Below, piece after piece: positions 12,301-22,000 of a stretch of DNA of 64,000 nucleotides; position 1 is the first letter of the stretch, and every line of letters starts with the position of its first letter. The notes under the pieces were generated by a model. It made no database searches. It worked only from the letters and a program-made list of their open reading frames with translations, and was not told where the DNA came from. The stretch lies in the NCBI GenBank assembly GCA_002633005.1, contig NMRA01000706.1, positions 90,197 to 154,196 of the forward strand, given 5' to 3'. Both the position numbers and the translations under genes were made by a program. Source of the DNA: Phoronis australis. Lineage: Eukaryota; Animalia; Phoronida.

Positions 12301-14370
12301 GCCTTTCATGTAACAATACATGTATATGCTGTATTTCTATGTAACAGAAGATATCGTGACACTTTGTGAGGCAGATTTTCAAGTAAAAATTGCATGCGGC
12401 AATACCCTAAAATATACATCTGATCTCACAGGTTCAGAATCACTAACGCGTGTGTCTCCCAAAATCTTATAAGACTCCATTTACGAAAAAACTACAATGG
12501 ATCTGATTTGCGCGTTGTAATAGCATGACCAAATTCATACACGTAGATGTATATGAGAGCATCATGATCGTTCCTGGTTGAAACTATGACACGACCATGG
12601 AAATTGGTCGTGTGTGTAGTTCTCGCTGAACATCAAAATATTGAACCACAGTTGAAAACTTGGTACAAAGTCTGCGATCTAACTGAGCACTACTCGTGTC
12701 TTGAATTAATAGACATACGCTTGGGGGAAACTGGCCCACGTCTATCCACAATAAGAAATAGCTTTTTACCTTCTAGGGAACTGCTGATTGTGAAATAGGT
12801 GACGAAACCATTTTTGTGTGAACTGTTGCACAAAGGCTTCAACGTTCGTTTTTGTGACAGCGATAACGATGCCATTTTAAAAGTTGATCGCATAAATCGA
12901 ATAATTTTACCCCGTGCACATATTTTGAGTGACCCAACACTACTACAAACTCTCCTTTCGTCGTCAAAAGATCTATTTTTCATTCAAACCCCAATACCGC
13001 TATAAAATGGTTTCAAACTGCTCTTTACTCTGACGTGTTCTGATCCTTGGGAGTGAGAAGACGTGAAAGTCACTTACATGTAGTGTTTGAGACGTTACTC
13101 GGCGGATGAAATAACCAGTCATGGCAAGTCACCTTCTCGAGTCAGATCTCAAAAATTACTAGTTGTAATCTTTACCTAAACCAGAAATTAACTTTAATCT
13201 GGGTAATAATTAAGATTTTTCAGGGAAAGGAAGGACTGGTAACATCATGTACATGTACTTACTAAATGAAATCGGTTGACTGTTAAAATACGTCACAGTC
13301 TTAAGGCAGTTACAGGTATTTCATTTTGAATGATTTGGGTGCACGCCCTGGTGGGATATCTGACACTTTGCAGTATGGACAGATTTTCCTGGCTCAGCGT
13401 CAAACTGACACAATTGTTTTGCATGTCACAGTGTTTCTGATCAACACCAATGCCAGGTACATGTACCTTGACAGTTTCGTCTTCTTGACAGTGTAAAGGG
13501 TTCATGAAAAAGACAGTAGGTCATCGACACGCCACTTTTTTCCGGAAGTATGACAGCTGCCAGAGATTCTAATAATACAGAGTATGAACTAAGGGTTTTT
13601 AAATGTTCTGCTGCTACGGTTCTGAGTAACTAGCTGATTTAATATTTCTTCTTTTCTGACTTACACAGACATGTCCCTTAAAAGAGGTCGATCACCAAAT
13701 CGCTTTTCTTAAATTCAAAGGATAGTAAATTTTGTTGTTGTTTTTTTGATAAAGAGTGTCTTTTGCAACGGAATCACTCGTAGTGAATTGTTTGGGCTCT
13801 GTTCCGAAGATCTAGCTAACGACACTTGTCAGAAATTACAGCTTGACCACGTGCTTTAGTTACAACTCATATCGATAGTTTTCGAAGTTTTGCGTGATCT
13901 TGTTTTTCGTACGAGGTACTTGCGTCGATGGAACGTAGACTAGAACCCAATGTGGAAAATTGCACATTACATTTGTGAGTTTCAAGAAAATTAGACATAA
14001 TAAAAATGGTCGCTTATCGAACGCAATGTCTATGACTTTTATTTACGGAAATATTCATTTTCAGTTAATTGTCTTCATTTTTGCTACTGTCCTCTGCTGC
14101 GAAATCGGAAAAGCTGAACAGCGAGTTTTGGAGGCTCCAAAAATGGCACTGGCATCAGCAGCGGCAGCAAACTTACAAGCGCCACTCAGATCCCAAAGTG
14201 CCTCAGAAAAAACGAAACACCTTCCAAGGCAAGTTCCAGAGACAATGCCAACTGTGCCAGACACAAAACCTTCCGAAACAACTGGGCAGAACCATTTGGA
14301 ACTTCGCGGAAGTCACAATGGTTCAACCGTATCTGATCAAGAGAGTAACGAGATACCTGGAAATACGTAA
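6227..14370 (+). CDS. Tetraspanin family gene (about 338 aa, 8 coding exons; first exon tentative)
   Basis: Exons: 6227-6308 (tentative), 6489-6556, 7179-7376, 7848-7922, 9773-9862, 11182-11295, 11933-12016, 14065-14370. All GT-AG and phase-consistent. Motifs: KVLLIVFNIIFW (TM1), GCAGAMCEN, EITGG (TM3), CCG, PSSCC, GC, and TM4 AIIGVAVGVAVLQLIVFIFATVLCC. Confidence 0.93.
6489..6556 (+). CDS. Tetraspanin exon (TM1 start)
   Basis: DNDLGCFARCSKVLLIVFNIIFW|gtaagt; alternative acceptor at 6476. Confidence 0.9.
7179..7376 (+). CDS. Tetraspanin exon (TM1 end, EC1, TM2)
   Basis: ttgtag|LAGAGLVAVGLWI...FIAFSGCAGAMCENQTMLGI|gtaagt; 198 nt. Confidence 0.95.
7848..7922 (+). CDS. Tetraspanin exon (TM3)
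   Basis: ttgcag|YIVFVVLIVITEITGGALYAVNKDE|gtaaag; 75 nt. Confidence 0.93.
8292..9710. mobile_element. Non-autonomous TIR element (Tc1/mariner-like ends) with subterminal ~20-bp tandem repeats, in a tetraspanin intron
   Basis: The left end CGGTGGCTGTAAAAGGACGG...TTTTCTCCG matches the reverse complement of the right end CGGAGAAAA...CCGTCCTTTTATAGTCACCG|TA. Degenerate TCTATCGATAGAGTTAATAAG repeats lie at 8335-8415 and 9500-9668. Confidence 0.65.
9773..9862 (+). CDS. Tetraspanin exon (EC2 helices)
   Basis: Branch point TACTAAC at 9744, then ttttcag|LVTRLTMPLQEYIKSNSTDYRKLFDVLQTE|gtaagc. Confidence 0.88.
10168..10551. other. Assembly gap (N run)
   Basis: 384 N characters. Confidence 1.
11182..11295 (+). 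CDS. Tetraspanin exon (EC2 CCG/PxSCC)
   Basis: acacag|LSCCGADNSTDYRDNALPSSCCKPPNKNCTVKVNSYTQ|gtgaga. Confidence 0.95.
11933..12016 (+). CDS. Tetraspanin exon (EC2 end, TM4 start)
   Basis: ttttag|GCIPALENLLTSHSNAIIGVAVGVAVLQ|gtaaaa. Confidence 0.93.
12002..12400 (+). repeat. Degenerate ~40-45-bp tandem repeat whose first unit spans the exon/intron junction
   Basis: Recurring gtagcg-n-ttgca(g/t/a)gtaa(c/a)aatacatgcc-n-gatctcc units. Confidence 0.7.
14065..14370 (+). CDS. Tetraspanin terminal exon (TM4 end + ~89-aa tail)
   Basis: ttttcag|LIVFIFATVLCCEIGKAEQ...NEIPGNT*; AATAAA at about 14469. Confidence 0.88.
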   Translation, partial: LIVFIFATVLCCEIGKAEQRVLEAPKMALASAAAANLQAPLRSQSASEKTKHLPRQVPETMPTVPDTKPSETTGQNHLELRGSHNGSTVSDQESNEIPGNT

Positions 14371-15220
14371 CCGCTGTTTAACGCGTCGCATCAGATGGTT
14401 GAATTGCCTACATAGTCTGGGGCAAATATGCATGTTCAATTTTTGTGGCATATTAAATAGAGTGCTAAAATAAATAAGACTTCTACAAGTTGTATGTGAA
14501 TTTTGCTCATCCAGAACCAAGGATGGCCTCTGTATGGGTGGCCTCCATAAGGGCGAGTCTGCAATTACATGTACGGTCTATATGGATCCTAATTAAAACG
14601 GCAATTTTATTCCACGTACGAATTATCTGTGAAATAGAAAAATAAGAACTAAAAGTTCCTTGTTATCGAACCAGTATCGGCTTCAATATGGTTCAGGTGG
14701 AAACGATAAAGAATCTACAAAATTGTGTAAGGTTTGGAAAATAGTTCCTGGCATGGCATATCAGCAAGCAATGCACTAGCACATGATCCCAGTAAATTCT
14801 AGAAATCAGTGAGGGTGAATGCAATCGATACTGGTGATTTTTCAGGATTCGAAGGACATGCATGTTCCAGACATGATATGAGTCGAAACGTATGTAGATA
14901 ATCTGCAAGCCTTAGGTGAGATTCTTTCTAAAATCTGATGGTAAGGCTGTAGCTCACTCCAGTAGTGAGACACAATTCCTTGTATCTTCTTTTATGTCAC
15001 ACAATTCTTATTTTATTCTACATGTACCAGTTCCCTTCTAAATTATCTCCTTCCAGTTTCCCAATAAAATTTAATTGTTATTGTGTCTGTCTTGTTCACG
15101 TTCAGGTTGAGATGCTAAAGTCCATTTCCTTATCAAGCGTTTGAAAATACTTTGCGTTGAGCGGCGATGCGCAACTGCTTCAAGCTACAATTAAACCCAT
15201 TTTTTGTAAAATAACTTTTT

Positions 15221-15429
15221 GTTTGTGTAGCCATTATGACACTGGCCCCATTATGTTTGTGTAGCATTTATAACACTGGTACCATTGTGTTCGTGTAGCT
15301 ATTATAACACTGGTCCCATTATGTTTGTGTAGCCTTTATAACACTGGTACCATTGTGTTCGTGTAGCTATTATAACACTGGTCCCATTATGTTTGTGTAG
15401 CCATTAGATACACTGGTCTCATTATGTTT
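15221..15429. repeat. 34-bp minisatellite, 6 copies
   Basis: Unit GTTYGTGTAGCYWTTATAACACTGGTMCCATTRT; two variants alternate in the middle four copies. Confidence 0.95.
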
Positions 15430-15915
15430 CTTATTCAGTTAAGAAGAAATTCCTGGACTTGATAAGAGCAGGTAATACATGTACGTCTTTGAGTTGTACC
15501 AACTTTAGCATGCTGGCTGGATCGCGTTGGTTATCCAATGTACACAGCATAGTATAGAACGAAAATTTCAGTTCTTACCATGCCTTGTAATATCTTCTAA
15601 GCAGAGATAGAAACGAGATGTGGCAAGCTTATAGCGGAAAACATTTCGTGTTTGCGAAAGACAATAGTAATGCAAGCCAGACGTGCTTCGACAATCAGAT
15701 CTATTGTAGACTTCAGTAACAAAATCAGATTTATACGTTCCCAATACCATCTGGTCCCTTAAATATCTAAAGCATCATTCAAAACAATTATGCTTCCTTG
15801 TTACGGCAAAAGTTGTATCGTTTTTGAACAAAACTATTGATGATGGTAACTGTTTATACCCCAAATTAACTTCTAGGTTTCTAGGAATCCGTCACCTGCC
15901 TAACGAAGGCTCTCA

Positions 15916-16037
15916 TTAAGTAAGGAAGACTAGTAACTGTAGCAGCACGCAGGTAAGTGTAGTGGACACTGCAGCATGACCAGCTTGTCCTTTCAGGGGT
16001 ACAGGGACACTTCCTTCGGCATATTTGACACCTGCCC
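15916..16037 (-). CDS. CAP gene terminal exon (GPI-like signal)
   Basis: ttttag|(W)AGVKYAEGSVPVPLKGQAGHAAVSTTLTCVLLQLLVFLT*; phase 1 matches the preceding exon. Confidence 0.75.
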
Positions 16038-19000
16038 CTAAAATTAAAGAGATACATGCACATACATACATTATTAAAGAAGGGAACTATACTAATTCGT
16101 GTGAGTGTTAATTTGCAGCAGTTTTACCACAATTGCATTCTGGGATATAAGAAGCAAATTTGACATTTCCAACATTTGTTGACAAAATGCGGGTTTACAC
16201 ACCCGATTTTTCTTACACGACTACATCGACTTCGAAAACGACTTAACGGAGTACGTAGACGGTGGTCCATATACCGTCGTATACATGTACAAGTGCCGTT
16301 TCTCTCGAGATGATCAAAATTATTGGATTGGACATGCCGTATTTCAATATGCTAGCCGTACGCGGTTTTATGTCGACAAATTGTCTGAACACGTCACCTG
16401 TCTACACACTTTCAGTAGTTGTATACGACGATCCATTACAAATCCCTGTACAGGAATAAACGGGACTTTCCGACAAACCGTCACAGTTAGGCCACATCCA
16501 CCACGCTTACCATTGCGAAGCCCCTCAAGCGCAATCTCAATAATTGGGAAATCCTTTGCAAGCATACATGTAGGTCTACTAAAGCAACACGCTGTCATAT
16601 TGATCTCTATTACCAAAGAGAGACTTTGGGTAGCCAGTTCTTATCCATTTTGAGCCTAACTCACAGTTGTCCTGGTGCAAGAGAGGAAACGATAATTTAA
16701 ATGCTCATGCACTCTAGGTTCCAGATTTTTGCCAATTTCTTCGTAGTCAGGTTCCAATTTTCAAAAAGGCATCAGAAAATGGTGTCGAGGGTGTTTGAGG
16801 GTAATGCAGATGTGACACTTGATTTAGACTATCTTTGGGGTGCTGAATTAAAAAAAAAATGTATGCCGGGCTGGATTTTGCGGCATAACCCTCAGATCCA
16901 AGATGACCGCCATCCCAATAAGTGGGTATGATGTACATCAAAACTATAGGTTTTCAGGAATTATAAAATCAATTCTGAAACTACTTTTGTGATTGGAGGT
17001 CAAGATTACACGAAAAATGTCAAGATCAAGGTCATATTATGCCACACATGTTCCACTGGAAATACAGTTGAGCTCAAATATTTCAGAGCATCTTCGTACA
17101 TAAGCTTAGACTAGCTTTGGAGTGTTTCAGGCATACATGTAACATTGTCGATAAATCTAAGATGACCGCCAGCCTAAGCAAGTATTCTTGGCTCTCGAGC
17201 AATGTGTCAAATATAAGGTTATAAAAAACAGTGCATACAGCCTGTCATTTGCGGTGCGTCAGATGTGCGCAGGCCTCATAGTTAGGCCCATTGCATAAAA
17301 CATCTGAGCTAAAGCACGAGAACCCTATTATGGTTCTTCGTGAAGGGCGTTTTCAAGCCTGATAATCTCCTTTAAAAAAACGGACAGATAATAGTAAGTC
17401 AAAGAGAATATTTTCCGAAAAAAATTTCTTAGAACGTTAAATAATAAAGAAAGAGTGACAAATGTGGTTCCTCATTGAGCGATCTCGCTTTCTGAGTGAA
17501 AGTGCCAGAGTCGAACTCTTCTTGAATCATTACCATTATTATGAGATTAGCTTAGAGGGTAATGGCGTTTCACAAAAGGCAAAAACAAACGCCACGAGTG
17601 TTATAATAATCAACAACTCGAATCATTTCTCAATCACCATGGTATTCTGGCAATGTGTCTGAGAGTCCATACACTTGCACGCATCAGTGCACCGGAGTCC
17701 AACTTGTCGACAATCACAGCACACATTGGTACAGCCCTTGGTGCATCTACATGTTGTTAGTTCTATGCAGGATTCTGGAATTGGTGGTAGCGTCATCAAC
17801 AAAGGTATTGCGTGCTCGCCTACAAATATTCAACCGGAATGATCAGCGATGTCCAGGAGGTCCTGAGTGCTCTTGTCTGCCTGTCCTCAAACAGCTGTCT
17901 GGTAGTTAGCTCGTTGCATGTGCCACTGGACAGCGTCAGACGACAGCGGCAATGACTTATGGGAGACCTTTGCCAAACAAGGCCACACGAGCTTTATCGA
18001 AGACAGCTTGATTGCGCACACTATAAATATGGCACACAAACTAATCAGCTTTAGATGCCGCTTGTGGTGTAAGGATTTCCTCCCGATGTCTTCTAAGAGA
18101 GCATTCCATGTGGTCTTCGTTTCGTGTCCTTGAACTAACAACATGTAGATGCACCAAGGGTTGTTCCTTAATAAGGATAGATGTATCAAGAAGAGTCCGA
18201 CCCTGGTACTTTCACTCAGAAAGCGAAGATCGCTCCATCAGAAACCACATTTGTCACGCTTTCGTTATTATTTAATGTTTTAAGGAAACTTTCTTATGGA
18301 AAATATTCTGTGTGACTTGCTATAATCATTATAAGAAACTTTGGCAAATGATGTTCGTGTAGCTGTAATAAAAAGAAGACTGAAACAAAAGTGGCTTATT
18401 TGCTGGTAACTGACGTTTTCGTGTGTTCAAGTCATCACACATTTGCAAACTTCAACCTTTGAGCATAATCTTGACATCCAATCCCAAAAATAGAGCTTAG
18501 AATGAGCTTCAAGAGCATGAGAACCTAAAATTAGGACATATCGCTCGAGAGCTAAGAATAATTCTTCAGCATTACAATTCCAAATTGACGACTGGCGGCC
18601 ATCTTAGATTTATCGATGACGAAGGAAAATTCATTTTCCAATACATTTTTATGCCTGAAACACTCCGAAACTAGTCTGTATTTTTATGTAAAGATGCCCT
18701 GGAATATTTGAGCTCACTGTATTTCCATTCGAACATGTGCGGCACAATGTGGCCTTGACCTTTTCACGTGACCTTGATCTCCAATCCCAAAAATAGTATC
18801 AGAATCGATTTTATCATATCTGAAAACCTATGGTTTGAAGTATCATACACATTTTAAAAGGCATTTATTGGGACTTGCCCCTTTCAATAAGGCCGATGGT
18901 GGCCATCTAGGATTTGATGGTTATGGCGGCAAAATCTAGCCCATACAGTTTTTGTGGACTCAGTACCCCAAAACTAGTTAAAATCAAGCATCAGATCTGC

Positions 19001-22000
19001 ATTACCCCCAAATGCCCTCGAGAGTCATTTTTGGCATATTGGAGCCTGAATAACGTGTCTGAAGTGTATCTGTAATCGTGACAAAAAACTTTCCTCTGAA
19101 TAAGGGTGCGCTTGAAAATGCTGGGACTTCCGTATCTGGGTGGATAGGAGCAAAGGCCACAATTCTGAATTTCATTTACCCCAAACAACTTAATGCAACT
19201 ACTAAATACCAGTTGTGTCCGTAACATTTTGCATCTAGTCCGCAAAACTGTCGAGAAATCAGGCCCTCTTCATTTTTGGAAACCTGCAAAGGCTTGAACC
19301 GTGGACTTACACATTGAACAAGTTAGTGAAGCTAATGGAACATAATAGTTAGGGAGCTTTTGACCGAGCTTCAGTGTAAAGGAATATTCTAAGCTTCGAA
19401 GTTGGCTCCACCAGGCCGAAAGGGACAATACAATATCCAAACTTTACCTTAACCATTTGCTTGCTGATAATTTGGTCTACTTTTATTTCAAGCCCTATAC
19501 GTGCGACCAACTTCACCGATGTTTGAGTTGCATCGTATGGGCTTGGCATACAGTAATACACCTGTAGCTCGGTGACAATATTACGTCATCCTCTTAACTA
19601 TTTCATAGCAGAAATGACGACGGGGAAAATGTTTTCCATTAATTTGCGTTTTGGGAGTGAGAAAGTTGTCGACAAGGCCACGTTTCCTACTACTAGGGTT
19701 CCACATTAAATTGTTCATACAGATAAGACACTATTAAATAAAATGAAGTAGGGAAAAATGTTTGTGAAACTTTTTGAATTTGATTTCATTTCTTTCTGTG
19801 TTAGTTTTTACCCAGACGTACATTGTATTATACACTGATCATAAGTGCGATACAGGCTTATGTCGGCAACAGGCATTTTCAACGTTCGTACTCCGTACGT
19901 TGTTGTTCCGTATTGCACTAATGTATTATCCGCGGGTATGTAAAAGATGTTAATTAGGCTCTCTATATTTTGGTAAAGATCAATGAAAATGACATTTACA
20001 TAGGCAACTTACATGGGCATACATTGCACATGTTGGGACATTCACCAGGAACATTTTCGTATGCGGAGCAGGCTTCTTTTTTGTACTGGCTCTCGCAGTA
20101 GTACGGATCTTCTGCTTCACTGCAGATGACTGAAACATAACGGTAAGTGAAAACGTAACACATTGGGTCACAGTTGGCGGCAATGTCTACTACAGCAAGG
20201 AGAGAGAGAGAGAGTGGGAGAGAGAGAGAGAGAGAGANNNNNNNNNNNNNNNNNNNNNNNNNNNNNNNNNNNNNNNNNNNNNNNNNNNNNNNNNNNNNNN
20301 NNNNNNNNNNNNNNNNNNNNNNNNNNNNNNNNNNNNNNNNNNNNNNNNNNNNNNNNNNNNNNNNNNNNNNNNNNNNNNNNNNNNNNNNNNNNNNNNNNNN
20401 NNNNNNNNNNNNNNNNNNNNNNNNNNNNNNNNNNNNNNNNNNNNNNNNNNNNNNNNNNNNNNNNNNNNNNNNNNNNNNNNNNNNNNNNNNNNNNNNNNNN
20501 NNNNNNNNNNNNNNNNNNNNNNNNNNNNNNNNNNNNNNNNNNNNNNNNNNNNNNNNNNNNNNNNNNNNNNNNNNNNNNNNNNNNNNNNNNNNNNNNNNNN
20601 NNNNNNNNNNNNNNNNNNNNNNNAAGCTCGGTACACTCTTAGACACAACGAACCAATATGCATTCTTCTCACAATATGTTCGGCTTTGATACAATGGCGC
20701 ACCATACCGTTATGGTTTTTTGTATGACTTACGTTCACAATCATTAATTGGTTTATAGAAAGACACCCGCTTGTTGCACTTGCAGGTGCAGGAATCCAAG
20801 TCCACATCGCCGCCATTAAGACAAACCTTGCCTCCACAATCTGTCAAAGTAACAATTCCCACATTACATGTAGCTATGTTTCAATAAATCGATTTCAAGA
20901 CACTGTTTCGGAAAAATAGGCACCAGTGCGTGTACTTATTGAAACTCTTCCAGGCTGATCATCTCCAGGGGGCAACAATCACGGGTTCACATGCGACGTT
21001 ACTACTGAGAGGCAGAAGCAATTTCGATGCCGCATCTCTGAATTTCGGCTTCCATCTGCTAGTGTAGCGATATATATGTATGTGAGCGGTAGGTCAGATG
21101 TAAAGATTTCCATTAGCCGATTACAGTTTCTGATAGCTAGACTCCAGTTATGGAGACAACCCACGGGTAGATTCCTCACCAGATCTATGATTGGGGGCTA
21201 GGATTTGGCCACATGGTACTGTATGGAGTAAATATGGTGACTTTTTGGAGTTAAGTGGCGCGTGCATTTCGACTTTTTGGATCCCTAAACAAGAAAAACC
21301 GACTTAAGATTCTCACTCTGGTAAAGTCTGTGTTGTAATATCCCTTACGTACATGTATTGCCGTTACAAACAAAAGCATCGAAATCGTCGGCGTCTTGGG
21401 AAGATGCTTTACACTTTGTTGAGGTTTGCAAACCCTTCAATAACTGATAATTTTGATGTTCTTGTTTTCGACAGAAATAGAATCCAATACGGTAAGTCAT
21501 ATTTTGAGACTGGCTTTGTTAGAGTAAAAGGCCTAAACAAGACGTCATTCAGTTTAAGCAATAAAAAGTCCTGTTACACGATCCTAGCGTGTCTCTCGAA
21601 ATGCCACGTAGGTCCAAAACTTTCCTTCTTTCCTGAGCTATCGTTCCTGGTACATGTTACCAGTAAAAAGTCCAACAGCAAATTGGTAAAGCACGTTTGT
21701 TAATTTAACAAGAGAAGCTCACTTCGATGATTCCCGAATGATAGAATTGCTGCACTTACCACACAGTCCGTCGGAATCTTTTTTGGAGGGACAATCTGAT
21801 CCTTGAGCTCCCTTTTTGTAGGGTTCTGAAAACCCGGCAATGTTGCCACTGCAATATTAAATCAAAAACTAGTGCAAAAACGAACGGGCAACATTTTACA
21901 TTGCTTGCCGCCATTGGTCTTTTTACAGACAAAAGGACTCGCCAGTTGTTCGGTGGGTTTCGGAAATTCGTTAGTTTTTGTATGTTTCAGTTCGCATGGG

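Noticed and set aside
15221-15429. CRISPR-like appearance of the 34-bp and 59-bp (61143-61377) arrays
   Set aside because: Head-to-tail units with no unique spacers, no cas genes, eukaryotic context.
17830-17889. Both in-frame stops in the Academ remnant are TGA at expected Trp positions, suggesting TGA=Trp or Sec recoding
   Set aside because: TGG>TGA is a single transition, the remnant is also frameshifted and truncated, and the host genes use TGG normally.
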